The notes: generated from the letters alone by a model not told the origin. A DNA stretch of 64,000 bases from an uncultured Mycoplasmataceae bacterium (GCA_947429165.1 CANEON010000001.1:237021-301020), one strand, 5' to 3'. Numbered from the stretch's first letter, positions 1-12,306 are shown. Made by a program: numbers and translations.

Positions 1-52
1 TTAATGCAGCGATCAATTACTTGTAGGACAAATTATATAACAAAACTAATTT

Positions 53-1153
53 TTAGATATTTTTATTTTGTTGGTTTAATTTGGAATAAATTTTCTTACA
101 TCCAATAATAGAATACTTTTCAATATACATCATTGCAAGTCCAGAAAGAATAGAACATGCAAAAACAAGAATAGAATAAACTTCAAAAGTGTAAGGCATT
201 ATCATGTGTCGAAATATATAGCAAAATAAGCAATGAATTATGTAAATATAAAAACTAGATCTTCCTATAAAATTTATATATTTTGAATTAAATTTAAAAT
301 ATATATTTATCGTTAGGATATCAATAAGAGCAAGGGTAACCTCAAAAAAAATAATAATGTATATGATATGCAAAACAATACAAAAAAACCAAATTAGAAA
401 GAGCAATTAAAATTCATCCATATTTTCTAAGTATTGCGTTTATTCTTTCAAAATATATTGCATACAAAACACCCAGAGGAAAACATCATCAGCCTTTTAA
501 ATATGTATCTATAAAAATTTCTGTATATCTACCTAACAATAGAATTAAAAAATAATAAAGAACAGAGAAAACAACTAAATAGATTGGAAGGTCATCTTGT
601 TTCTTAAATTTAAATAATATTAAATATGTAACAGCACCGAAAAAGTAGTAAAAAAATATTTCATATAAAAACCAGTCGGCTTTATTTAAGTTGCTACCTA
701 AACTTAAACCAAATATTTTTAATATTGATGTTTGTGAAAAATTTGAAATATCTGTACTTGCAAAGAAATATATAAGATTAGTCAATACTAACCAAAAATA
801 CATCTTTGGAATCTTAAATAATAATATTTTTTTGCATATTTTTCACCATGTGTATGGAAATTCTTTACCAAACAAAAAGAAGAAAGAAATAAAAATATTC
901 CAACTCAAATTTGTGCAATAAATGTATTAAATTGGTATGTTGTTATTATGTGTTTATCAAAAAGTTCACCATTTTGTAGAATTTGATCACAAAGATGCGA
1001 AAAAACTATAAAAATGCACCCAAACCCCCTTAATGTATCTGTTTGTTTCTTATTAAAATAAACTTTATGGTGATAAACTTTATGGTGTTCTTTTTTTCTA
1101 TTTTTAATGCAAGAAAGAAAAGAAAAAATTAGAAAAAATAATACTAACAGCAT
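53..1153 (-). pseudogene. acyltransferase family 3 (membrane O-acyltransferase-like), reading frame broken twice
   Basis: Track ORFs 905-1153, 489-803 and 53-406 are consecutive hydrophobic pieces in different frames (end coordinate mod 3 = 1, 2, 1). N-terminal LRGFGCIFIVFSHL and C-terminal IGRSSFYIYIIHCLF resemble acyltransferase_3 motifs. The frame switches coincide with homopolymers (T7 827-833; A7 382-388 or A8 344-351). Confidence 0.55.
1058..1087 (-). repeat. perfect 15-bp tandem duplication (ataaactttatggtg x2) inside the acyltransferase N-terminus
   Basis: Read directly from the sequence. It encodes the duplicated HHKVY-HHKVY in track ORF 905-1153. Confidence 0.8.
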
Positions 1154-1156
1154 TCA

Positions 1157-1809
1157 TTAGCAAACAGCAATAGTAATACTGAAGTTTAGAGTTTTAAAAT
1201 CTCCTGTAGGAGATAAAACCGCGTGGGGAACTCCTTGCTTGTCATATAATTTTAGGAGTAATTCGGCATCATAAGTGCTATACGAACCGTCCGACATAAC
1301 ATAGTCTGTAATTGAAAGCGAAGACAAGACACTATTACTAAAAATTGTTTTTGTAGTAAAAGTTAATCTTACATTATCATTATCATCTGCTGAAAGAGAT
1401 CAATTAATTCAATTAAAAAAATCAATATTTTGGTTTAATGAAGAAAATACAAGATCCATATTTTTAGATTGTGTTTGATCATCTTTTTTAAAAAGCATAA
1501 CGTTTTTAATTAAAAGATCATAAGAAATTTTTGTTTGATCAATGTTTGAAAATTTGCAAAGAGAACTTTCATCAGATATTAAAGTTAAATCTGTTCTGTA
1601 TCCAAGATAATTATTACTTGTTGTTCACAAAAAATAAAAATAAGTTTCTCCCTCTTTATTAGTAAAATATTTAGTGTCTAATTCGTCAACACTTCATTCT
1701 CCTGTTATTGGTTGGTTGTTATTTTTAGAACAAGATGTTAAGGCAAAACCAAAACAGCTACCTAACCCTAGAAATATACATGCCATACTTTTAAATACGT
1801 TTTTTTCAT
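1157..1809 (-). CDS. putative lipoprotein; the SD-preceded ATG is out of frame with the body (A7 tract after the start)
   Basis: AAAGGAGAAATT precedes the ATG at 1809. ATG+A7 then runs into TAG after 13 codons. The body frame (in-frame ATG at 1786) encodes MACIFLGLGSCFGFALTSCSKNN with a lipobox, continues across TGA codons and ends ...ITIAVC* at 1157. One extra A would give MKKNVFKSMACIFLGLGSCFGFALTSC. Confidence 0.55.
1800..1806 (-). repeat. poly(A)7 tract (T7 on + strand) immediately after the start codon
   Basis: Counted in the sequence: ...acgt|tttttt|cat. Confidence 0.7.
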
Positions 1810-1835
1810 AATTTCTCCTTTACGCATTGTTATAT

Positions 1836-3734
1836 TTATTTTATCTTAAAATCGTAAAATGCATTAATAATTTTGATTGTTTCTACCATCTCTTCTTTAT
1901 TCACATAACAAGATTGGATTCTTGTTTTTGTTCTATCTGATTTTAATAACATTAACCCATCACCATTGCCAAATAAGTTTAATGCTTTTGGCGAATTTAA
2001 GAATAATTTTGAAACATTTTCATCATCTGTTTTAAAAATAAAATATGAGGAAATATTTTTTTGTAACTCTTCGTTTCATAAATACGAATCAATCGTTTGA
2101 GCATATAAAATAACCTGAATTCCACACATTTTCGCTTCTCTGGATAATAATTCATTAAGAATCGCAGAATTGTTTGGTGTCTCACCTAAAAATTGATCAA
2201 CGTCAAATAACGCAATTAATACTTTACTTATTTTGTTATCTGGATTTTTTTGGTTATATGTATCAACATTAGAACAATGCGCCTTAGAAAGTAAAGTTTT
2301 TGTTTGTTTTAAATCTTCAAGAACGTTTGATAAACAAGTGTTTGTTTCGTTTTGACTAGAAGTTGGTGACGACAATAAATGAGTTAATCCAGAAAAAGAT
2401 TCAAATATTTTTTCTTCTTTGCATGAACACAATAATACTTTTAAATCATTTGGTGTATTTAAGAAAACGTAAGAAAGAATCATCGAAGAAACTTGCATAA
2501 TTGCACCACTACCAGGTTTACCGATTATCAAAGTTGAAGGACTAACATTAAAATCGTATAGTACATTGATTCCGCTGTATGTTGCACCTACTGCAGCCAT
2601 GCCAGAATGAACTGTTTTTTGTGTAGTTAATACATTTTTAATTGACACCCTTGAAGGATCTTTATTTAATACTTCTATCGTGATTTTAGAACCTTTAACA
2701 GAAAAGTTTATTTTTTCTGTTTTAAATAAATCAAACAAACCTTTCTTTAGATGAACTAATTTATTAATTTGTTCTTCATCTGAAAATTTATAAACATATT
2801 CACAATATAAAGGCATTACATTAGAAGTAACAAAAGCTAATCCTATGTTGTTATCTCTAATAAAGTCATTTAATTGCTTAATTGTCTTTGCAGATCTTTC
2901 GGTATTCTTGTGATAATTGTCTATACTTGTATCTGTTAAGAAAGATAATGGCGGAGTTGCTTGAACATTGTTGGCCGCTTTCATTTTTATAGAGTTCAAA
3001 TCAAAAATATTTACCTTTTTATCTTTTCTTGTTCCATTAAGTTCATCTTCTGGTTTCTTTTCATCAACATAAACTCCTCCAAGCGCATGAACAATTGATC
3101 GTTTTATCTTATTTAAAAACTTAATGTTCTTTACCCCAAACAAAACTAAAATTGCGGCAATTAATAGAACAACTTCAAAAATAAACAATGTTGACCATTG
3201 CATGATAAATGATAAACTTACAAAAAATTCTCCAATTAATCCACCAGTAATATTAGAGTTAATAAAATTAATAAACCAAAATTTAAAAGAATTTATTTTT
3301 AAATAATCTCCAAAGTAAATGTGATATTTGTATAGAGGATCAATAAAATTTTCGCCTATGTTTTGTTGAATATGATTTCCCGCCAATCACGAAGACGCAG
3401 ATGTCATAATAAAAATGAACAAAAACAAAAGTGTTTCAAATATCCACATCTTATGTGTGAAAAAAGTTTTCAAAATGCTCTTATTACACAATTTAAAAAT
3501 AAGTATTAGATATAGAAAAGAATAAACAAAATATTTAGAAACTCCAAATAAATATTCGAAGAATATCGAATCTAAATAACACCCTGTATACGGCAATCTA
3601 AATAGTGATATAGTCACTAAAATCATTAACATGCAACAAGTAAAAATTCTTGATGTTTTTCTTGCTCTGTTATAGTTGGCTAAAATACTAGAATTTACTT
3701 CGGATATGTCTTGGTTTGCTTTTTTAGTATCCAT
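1836..3734 (-). CDS. FtsK/SpoIIIE-family protein with N-terminal TM region and degenerate Walker A/B motifs
   Basis: Track ORFs 3387-3734 and 2076-3386 share a frame across TGA, and I read the tail down to TAA at 1836. FtsK-like blocks are present: STLIIGKPGSGAIMQVSSMILS, CGIQVILYAQT, FGNGDGLML. Walker A is GKPGSGAI rather than GxxGSGKS, and Walker B is FDVDQF rather than DE. Confidence 0.75.
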
Positions 3735-3742
3735 ATATACAA

Positions 3743-5428
3743 CTATTTTGAAAATATTATAGTTGTTATAACAAGTGGCTTTTTGCTAAATTTTTTGTCA
3801 AATTGTTTTCCTACAATTTTTCTAACAAACAATTTGTATTCTTTTACATCAAAAGTTTTAGCTGCAAGTTGTGCTTTTGCATATTCATTTAAAGATTTAA
3901 CAAATTCTTCATTTAATTGAGATAGTATTTGTTTGTTTGCATCTGTAATATTTAAAACACCAACAACATCAAAATTAAATTTAATAATTTCTTTGGTCTT
4001 ATTTGAAAGTAAAAGATTAGCTAGTACAACACCAGTTTCTTTCATTTGATCTCTTTCAAACATTGAACTTGTTTCGCCATCAAGTGAACCTTGAAAGTTT
4101 ATAAATTGCGGAGTTAACTTTACAAATTTCTTTGCAGATAATAATTGTGCGTTCTCAAATGTTACTTTGTCGCCGTTATCAAGAACTAATATTGAGTTCT
4201 TATTAATTCCCATAGATCAAGCGCACTTTTTGTATGCTTCAAAACTCATGTGTAATCCGTTTACTGGAATAATGTATTTTGGTTTAAAACAGTTGATTAA
4301 GAATTTGTGATCTTCATTTGAAGCTTTTAAAGGAAGAATTGTTTTTGGTAATTTATAAATTTGATTAATATTTGAACGGTATAAATTATCAATTAAGTTT
4401 GCTTCTGCTTTTTCATATCCAAACAAAGTGTTGTTTGCATAGACAAAATTGTCAGACGGTAACAATTGAATTTTTGGATCTTCTCCGTTAATTACTTTTT
4501 GTAATTTAACAAAATATTTTTCTAATGAATCAACAATTAATACAACCGCGTTCGGATTTTGTTCAAGTTGAGAGTCGTTGATGATTTTTAGATTCTTAAT
4601 AAATAGTTTTTTTGTTTCTTGTAAGTGTTTAAAAGTGTAAAAAAAGTTTTTACCGTAAATGCATATTGGTCTACCCATTGATGCACATGCACTAACAAGT
4701 GATAACATACGGTAAATTTCAAAATCATAGCATGACACCAACACTCTTGTATCAATGTGCTCTTGTAATATTCCAACAAAGTATTTAATAACATGAGCAT
4801 TTGGATAAGTAAAGCCAGTTGACTCTCCAACTAAACCAGAACCAACAATTAATGCAAGACATCTTGTTCCAAATAATTGAGAAATTTTCAAATAGTCATT
4901 TGGGAATAAATCGCCAATACTTGAATTTAAAACAAAATCATCAATATAAATAATTGCTCCGTCTTTTGTATTAAATACAAAACCTGTAGAATGAGGTGTA
5001 TATGAAGACACTTTGAACATCGTTACTGATGCTTTTCCTATTTGATTAGGTTTTAGTGTTTCAAGTGTTCTAATATTTAGGTTTAATGTTGTATTGGTGT
5101 TGTAGAAAAGATTTCTAAAATAAGTGATTATTATTGAAGCACTAATATCGTTTGTATAAATTGGAATATTAGGTAAAAGTTTATAAAGATATTGCAACCC
5201 ACCAAAATTAATGTAAGTTGCATTACCAATAAAAATACCTTTGATGGCATTTTTGTTATTAACTATTCATGAATAGTCAGGAATTATCTTCTTAATTCCA
5301 AGTGATGTTGATGTGGGCAAAGACACGCCGCAGTTTAAGATATAAATATCACCATCTATGGTTAAAGAATAACAAGGGTTTTGTTTTTCATCTAGTCCGC
5401 CAAAACCTAAAAAATCAATTTTTGACAT
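3743..5428 (-). CDS. RNase J-like MBL/beta-CASP fold protein lacking the HxHxDH metal motif
   Basis: ORFs 3743-4213 and 4217-5197 share a frame across TGA, and the N-terminus was read to the ATG at 5428. The N-terminus MSKIDFLGFGGLDE...IKGIFIGNATYINFGGLQYL aligns to the RNase J block ...GIFITHGHEDHIGG. The C-terminal PVNGL sits where HGE is expected. Confidence 0.7.
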
Positions 5429-5494
5429 AATAATATTAAAAGTATATTAAGATTGTTATTGCTCTTTATTATATAGAGTTTTTATAAATGCTAA

Positions 5495-6199
5495 TTATTT
5501 TTTAACTTTGTCGATTTGTTTGCTCTTTTTTGTAAAGAAGAAATCTGATTCCTTAATGTATAAGAAATTTTCTGCAATATTTAACGCATGATCAACATTT
5601 CTTTCAACGTGTTTAAAAATAATAATTGCTCCAGTTAAAATGTTTGCAATTTCTTTTGCTGTTTTTGAGTGAAGAATTTTAGATAATTCAACCATTGTGT
5701 TTGAATATTTATCTTGATATGCTCTTTGATATTTAACTGCCACTTCATATGTTTCAACAGCTTTTTTGTTCATTAAACAGTCTAATATTTTTTCAATGTA
5801 ATTAGAAGAGTCTTTTATTGAAGAAACCAATAGGTCATATATTTTGTTCCCAACTTTTTTATGAGTATAAAAGAATTTAGCGGTGCTCATAACATAGTCC
5901 GCCATTCTTTCTAAATCAGTTATTGAGTTTAATATAGCAATAATGAATCTTAAATGATTACCAACTGGTTGGTTTCTTGAAATTGCTCAAATTGAATCAT
6001 CTAATATTTCTGCTTCAAAATGATTTGATTGATCTTCTAATTCAAAAAATTTGTGTAGTTGTTCTTCAGAAATTGTTTCATCTGTTTGAAGAGTTTTATA
6101 TAAAGCTTTTCAAGAAAAAATTACATGTCTTGCGAATGTACGAAATTTTTCTAGTAATTCATTTTCTGAATCTTTTAATAATGAATAATTTGCAGCCAT
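5495..6199 (-). CDS. phoU: phosphate transport regulator PhoU
   Basis: ORF 5495-5905 extended upstream across TGA codons to the ATG at 6199. Two PhoU-like helical repeats (ERMADYV..., ERNVDHALNIAE). Located in the pst operon. Confidence 0.85.
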
Positions 6200-6200
6200 A

Positions 6201-6761
6201 TTATTTTTCCTTTCTGTCTCTTGGTTTCATAAAAATACCTACTGTATAGCATCCTAAAGAAAGCACATATAAAGCGGATGTTACAAACAACGTAATAATG
6301 CCAGATGTTGAATGTTTTATATCTAGTGAGTCTTCTGCTACAATCTCAAATATTCACGATAAATTGTTGTTTGGACCATTGATTGCTGTACTTGGAATAG
6401 CGGTTATTCCAATTAAAAAAATAGCAATAACAAAAATTAATAAAACATATAAAAACGTGTCCATTAAAGCTGGTTTTTGTTTTGTTTTTATATTTAAAGA
6501 TAGGTGTAATGCAACAAACAATATAGAAACAAAAATAAGGATGAAAGAAATAATTCCAAAAATATTAATTTTTCTTATATAGGCATCAGAACTAGATGAA
6601 TCAAATGCTAAAGTAAGGTCCCACATACCTTGACTATTCTTAAATGAAAGCGTGCTTAGATCTGAGAGATTTCTTCCTTGAAAAGTAGCAAAGGTTATAA
6701 AACAAAAACTAATAGTTAAAATAATTGCAGTTATTATTGATGTAATTTTAAATTTTTTCAT
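6201..6761 (-). CDS. multi-pass membrane protein, unknown function
   Basis: ORF 6354-6761 continues across TGA to TAA at 6201. Several hydrophobic helices. Tightly packed between the PQ-loop gene and phoU. Confidence 0.5.
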
Positions 6762-6762
6762 A

Positions 6763-7122
6763 TTATTTCCCTCCTTTTGATTCTCTAGCTAATTTTAAGC
6801 AATAGTCTTTTTCCGACATTCCTGCTTTTCTAGCACGATACATATAAATTAGTTTTATTGTTAATACACTTGCTGAAAGTATGAAACTAAAAATGTTAGC
6901 TATAGTTACTCCAATATATGTTCCTCATATATTTGGATTCAAACAAATGTTTGTAATTCCTTGAATTGTAAAACAAAGACTTCCAAAAGCCAAAATAGAA
7001 AACATTAACAAAGGAACTGAATAAGTGTCTTTTGTTTTAATAACTCTTATAAGTTGTGGTGATGAAAAGATAGCTATACAAATAGCCCCTAAATATCCTA
7101 ATACTGTTGCAAAAGTTTCCAT
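6763..7122 (-). CDS. small PQ-loop / SemiSWEET-like membrane protein
   Basis: ORF 6925-7122 continues across TGA to TAA at 6763. About 119 aa with 3 predicted TM helices and an SSPQLIRVIKTK PQ motif in the first helix. Confidence 0.5.
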
Positions 7123-7130
7123 GTTTTCTC

Positions 7131-8087
7131 CTATCCAATCTTTCCTGAAATATATTCTCTAGTTTTCTTATTATCAGGAGAAGTAAATATTTTCTTAGTT
7201 GTATTTTTTTCAATTAATCTTCCTTGATAAAAGAAAGCTGTATCATCACTAACTCTTTGTGCTTGCGCCATTGAGTGAGTAACGATGATAATGGTGTAGT
7301 CTTGTTTTAAATTTAGAACAAGTCTTTCAATTTTAGAAGTAGCAATTGGGTCAAGACCACTAGTAGGTTCATCCATTAATAAAACCTCTGGTTTTAATGC
7401 GATCGCTCTAGCAATACATAGTCTTTGTTGTTGACCACCAGATAATGAAGTTCCTAAATCATACAAGTTGTTCTTAACTTCATCTCATAATGCAGCACCT
7501 TTTAAAGATTCTTCGACTATTTGATCAAGTGCTTTTTTATCATTAATACCATGAGATCTAGGACCATATGCAACATTGTCATAAATACTCATAGGGAATG
7601 GGGAAGGTTTTTGGAAAATCATTCCAACACGTGTAGTTAATTCAAGGGTGTTAAGCTTAGGTGATTTTAAGTTTATACCGTCATCAAAGTAAATATTTCC
7701 CTCGCTATATGTGTTATCTATTTGGTCATTCATTCTATTTAAACAACGCAAGAAAGTAGATTTACCACATCCTGATGGACCAATAAATGCAGTTACTTTT
7801 TTACGAGCAATTGTAGTATTGATATCAATTAAAGCATGTTTGTTTTGATTTCTGTATCAGAAGTTAAAATTTTCAACTTCGAAAATGTTGTTTTTATCAA
7901 AGTTTTCATTTTTAGTTTCTAACTCTGATTTAAGTTTATTTTTTAAAGTCTTATAAATGGTTTTTTGGTTTTTATCAAGAAAAAGAAAAGACAGTGATGA
8001 AACCACTTTATTTTTTTCTAAAATTTTCTTTACTTTTTGTGCATCTTTTTGATCTTTATCAATAGATGTTTTCTTGTTTTCTGCCAT
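7131..8087 (-). CDS. pstB: phosphate ABC transporter ATP-binding protein PstB with N-terminal extension
   Basis: ORFs 7857-8087, 7485-7751 and 7131-7466 share one frame and are joined by TGA. Motifs: Walker [10 protein letters not shown], signature LSGGQQQRL, Walker [12 protein letters not shown], and the PstB-typical [17 protein letters not shown]. Confidence 0.9.
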
Positions 8088-10126
8088 TATATTGATTGAA
8101 TATAGTTATGTAATAATTGTATTTTATTAACAACAATATTGTTATTTTTATTTTTTGAAGTTTTTGAGAATAATTTGCGTTTTGTATTCTCTCCTGAAGT
8201 TGATGTTGGTTTTGAGTATTTCTTTTTAATTCTTTTTTGCTTCCAAACAAAGTAGTAAGGAATTAAAACGTGTGAAACCATGATAATTAATAAAACTAAA
8301 ATCATTGTGATGAATGCACACTCATACATTACAGATGTTCCTTGACTAATGTCTGCTGTGTAAATTTGATCATAAATTCTTGTTGTTAATGTTTGGCCTG
8401 CAGTATTTAAAGCAATAGATCCAGAAGAAGATAAGCCAGATGTTAAATATAAAGGCGCTGTTTCTGCTAAAATTCTTCCAATCGACAACACAACACTAGT
8501 TGTTATTCCTTGCAATGCTGTTGGTAAAACAATCTTTCTAATAGTCTCTCATTTCCCTGCACCAAGAGCCATTGAATTTGTTCTTAATTCTACTGGTACA
8601 GATTGTAAAGCTTGTTGAATAGTTCTGATAAATGTAGGAAGTATTACTATCAAAATAGTTAATGCTCCTGCAATTAAAGATTTTCCAGCACTGCCAGCCG
8701 AAGACATTCCACAAGTTTGGATAAAAAATATTAAACCAAACATACCAAACAAAATAGAAGGAGTTGCACCTAAAGAATCAATAAAGAATAATAGCACTTT
8801 TTTTGTTTTACCATTTTTAGCAAATTCATTTAAATAAATAGCTATTAATAGAGATAAAGGCAATCCTATTCCGATTGCTAAAACAATAATTAATAAAGTG
8901 TTAACAAATGCTTGTCCTGTTGTGTCTTTACCAAAAGAGAATGCAGAAGCATATCCGCTAGCAAGAGCAACACCACCATATCCTAAGATATCAATTAAAA
9001 TTCAAAATAAGAACGCCAATGTGATGATGATTGAAACTCATTCTCAAAACATTTTTCAACCTGTATAGAAATTAGTTAATAGTCTATTAGATTTAACTCT
9101 TACATAAAGATAGTTAGAAATATCTTTACCGTCATATTCTTTAATTCTGAAAAGTTTTTTTAGTCCTCTTTTGATTTGTGATGGAACATATAACAATCAT
9201 TCTCAAACCCTCTTTATAAATTGGTTATATTTTTTGTGTTTAGAAGATTTCTGTTTGCTTATTTTCATTACAACAGCATTCAAAATCATAATGAAAATAA
9301 ATAAAAAGATACCAAAAGCAAAAAGCAATCCTTGAAGTGCAGGGCCTCCACCTTCAGCAAACATATTTGCAGATATCAATGCACCAAGTGTTCTTAAGTT
9401 TGATGTTAATAATCCTCAGAATCCTTGATTAAAGGTGTCATTAAATCCTTGTGATTGAAGAATCATTGAAACTGCCATTGTTTCACCAATAGCTCTTGCT
9501 AAAGCAATAATGATTCCTACATAAATACTTCCTTTAACTTCTTTTTTTACTACTTTGTATATTGATCTGGTTCTTGTATTTCCTAAAACCATTGAAGCTG
9601 ATATTAAATCATTATTAGCTCCATCTAATGCATTGAGTGTTAATGATACTACTGTAGGCAATATCATGAAGATCAACATAATACCTGCGGTTAATAAACT
9701 GTATGTTGTATCTAAATTAAATATTTTTTTAACAATTAATCCTAATGATTCTGCAGCAAACAAACCGAATATAACTGAAGGGATATCAGCTAATAATTCA
9801 ATACCAACTCTTGTTACTTTTTTATATTTCTTTGGTAATCTATATTTAATAAATATTGCAGTTTTGATTCCGATTGGTCCTGCAAAAATAATAGCTATTA
9901 ATGAAATCAATATAGTCACGCAAAGTGGTAATCATATAGATGCTTTGTTGTTAGCTAAATCAAAAGTGGAAGTAAATAAAATATTTTGAATTCCATATTC
10001 TTTGAACCCAGGAATTGAGGCATAAATAATAAAAATAATTAAAGCGAAGAAAACTAAAGCAAAAACTCAAGATAATGCACAAGATAAACCTTTGGACACG
10101 TGGTCTTGATTGGTTTTTCTTGACAT
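8087..10126 (-). CDS. pstA: fused phosphate ABC transporter permease PstC-PstA
   Basis: ORFs 9416-9919, 8549-8863 and 8087-8515 share one frame. Start ATG at 10126 (MSRKTNQDHV...). Two permease halves, each with an EAA-like loop (SASMVLGNTRTRSIYKVV; NSMALGAGKW). Confidence 0.85.
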
Positions 10127-10151
10127 TAATTTTGAATAACCTGTTTTTTTC

Positions 10152-11351
10152 TTAAGCATATATAGCTCCAAAAACTTTTGCATTATCTCCAGAACGAGAT
10201 TTCATTAATTCATAATCAGATATTGCATAATTATCATTTAATTTCATTGAGTTTTTTTGCTGCTCACTTAAAACTGCAGCACCCATTGTTTTCCAAATTT
10301 CTTTTGTCTTGTCGTCATTTAATAAATAATCTTGTATAAATGCTATTTGTCCTTCATCATTGTCAAGAGAAGTCATTAAATTTAAAGGTCTACATCAATT
10401 GTATAAACTGTTTTGCATATTATCTACTGTATATGAATATGTAGGTGTTGTGCTGTCTTTTTTATATCCGAATATACCATAATGATTTTTTCTAATTAAA
10501 TCTTCGTTTTGAGCAATAAAACCAGATGATAGGTAAACAACAGAACCTGGTGTATTGCTTTTAGAAAACATATCTCATGCACGACTGTTGGCTTCATCTG
10601 TTTGAACTAATTTTCAATTACTGCCGTAATTACCAACTTTAAATGCATTTTGTGTCCTATCGCTTAATGTTTTAGAATCAAAAGATTGAAATCTAAAATA
10701 TTCATAAAATGAAGCAGCTGTTCCTGATGTTAAAGATCCACCGGTTCTTACATACGGAATCATTCTTGTATTAGATAAAGCGGTTTTTATCGAAGGATCG
10801 ATATATGAGCTTGCAAAATCTCCTAATGTAGGATATGAATTTTGATAGTCATCGTCTGAAAAACCCGAAAAAGCTTGATACAGTTTTTTAATTGTGTCGG
10901 GTGACACAGACAACATACTTGAGTTGTTGTCTGGAGAAAATAGCATATCGTCTGTTATTGAAGAATTTTTAGGCGGAATATAAACTAGACAAATAGCTTC
11001 TCATGCAACTGTATATGTTTTAATGTTTCTATCTGTCCATTTTTGTTTTAATTCGTTTTTTTCATCATTTACTGAATCAAACGGATTTTTAGAAGCGTTG
11101 CCTATGTTGGTAAATCCATCTGCTACTTGGTCTATGCCAAAACCAGAACCACCAGCATCAACTGTGATGTCAATAGATTTGTGATCTTTTAAATATTCTT
11201 TTGATAATTCTTCAACAAACGGTTTAACTCCCGATGAACCAACAGAAGTAATTGTTGTTTTGTTAGATCAATTTGTACTAAACCCTACTACAAATCCAAG
11301 CGGAATTAGACATGCGACTGATATTAAAGTGTTTTTTAGTCATCGCTTCAT
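10152..11351 (-). CDS. pstS: phosphate-binding protein PstS-like (probable lipoprotein)
   Basis: ORFs 10614-10946 and 10152-10376 are in frame and extend to the ATG at 11351 (MKRWLKNTLISVACLIP...). Motifs GSSGVKPF... and VDAGGSGFG are typical of PBP-type phosphate binders. Sits upstream of pstCA-pstB. Confidence 0.7.
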
Positions 11352-11398
11352 ATTAGTTTAGGTTAATTAATCTTTCGCACATATTATAAATATTATTA

Positions 11399-11995
11399 TT
11401 AATATTTAGTTTTATTTTTTATAGCGTATTTTAAAGTCAAATTATCAGCATAATCTAACGCTGAATTGATTGGTAAACCTAATGCAATACGATATACTTC
11501 TGCATCACAAACTGTATTTATGATTTTTTTAATAAAGGCAGCAGTGGCTTCACCATTAACTGTCCAGTTTGTAGCAATAATAACTTCTTTTACTTTACCT
11601 TTTTTTAGAATTTCCATCATTTTTTGAACTACTAATTGATTTAATACCGTCTTATTCTTAACATCTAACTCACCATTTAATATGTAATATCTTCCAGAAT
11701 ATGAGTTTGTGCTTTCAACTTTTTGTAAATCTTCTTGAGAAGAAACAATACAAAGTTTTGTTTCGTCTCTGTCAGGATTTGAGCAGATATCACATATCTC
11801 GCCCATACAATAATTGTTACAAATGCTACAAATTTTAATCTTTTGTTTAGCATGCGTAATTCTATCTACAAATTCTCTTATATATTGATCGTCTTTCTTA
11901 ATAAGAAAATGAGCAATCCTTTCAGCTTGCTTTTTTCCTACACCCGGTAAAGATTTAAGTGCATCAATTAAATAATCAAATTCTGTGTTATCCAT
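11399..11995 (-). CDS. recR: recombination protein RecR
   Basis: 198 aa with the HhH motif LPGVGKKQAERIA, a C4 zinc finger CSICNNY..CDIC and a Toprim region. Confidence 0.95.
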   Translation of the reverse strand: MDNTEFDYLIDALKSLPGVGKKQAERIAHFLIKKDDQYIREFVDRITHAKQKIKICSICNNYCMGEICDICSNPDRDETKLCIVSSQEDLQKVESTNSYSGRYYILNGELDVKNKTVLNQLVVQKMMEILKKGKVKEVIIATNWTVNGEATAAFIKKIINTVCDAEVYRIALGLPINSALDYADNLTLKYAIKNKTKY

Positions 11996-11997
11996 GA

Positions 11998-12306
11998 TTA
12001 AAATAAACCTGGCATCCCACCTTTTGGCATTGCAGAAGCAGTAATTTCATCTTTAGCTGCATTAACTTCTTTGATAGCAGCACTTACAGCTTCAACAACC
12101 ATATCTTCTAAAGTTGTTTTGTCTTCTGGATCAACTAATACATCGCTAATAGTAATTCCTTTAATTTCTAGTTTTCCTGTAATTTTTACAATTACTGATG
12201 AATTTTTATAATCGTATTCAAATTCTTTAGCTTCAAACTCTTCAAGTTTTTTAGCCATTTCTCTTTGCATCTTTTGTGCTTGTTGCATGATACTTTGAAA
12301 ATTCAT
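11998..12306 (-). CDS. ybaB: YbaB/EbfC family nucleoid-associated protein
   Basis: 102 aa starting MNFQSIMQQAQKMQREM...; conserved position directly upstream of recR. Confidence 0.9.
   Translation of the reverse strand: MNFQSIMQQAQKMQREMAKKLEEFEAKEFEYDYKNSSVIVKITGKLEIKGITISDVLVDPEDKTTLEDMVVEAVSAAIKEVNAAKDEITASAMPKGGMPGLF

Noticed and set aside
9555-9989. Long antisense track ORFs, for example 9555-9989 +, 3124-3306 +, 23153-23515 -, 32169-32432 -, 36471-37374 + and 14222-14512 +.
   Set aside because: They lie entirely inside well-supported genes on the other strand, have low-complexity composition and carry no recognisable motifs. They are shadow ORFs typical of AT-rich DNA.
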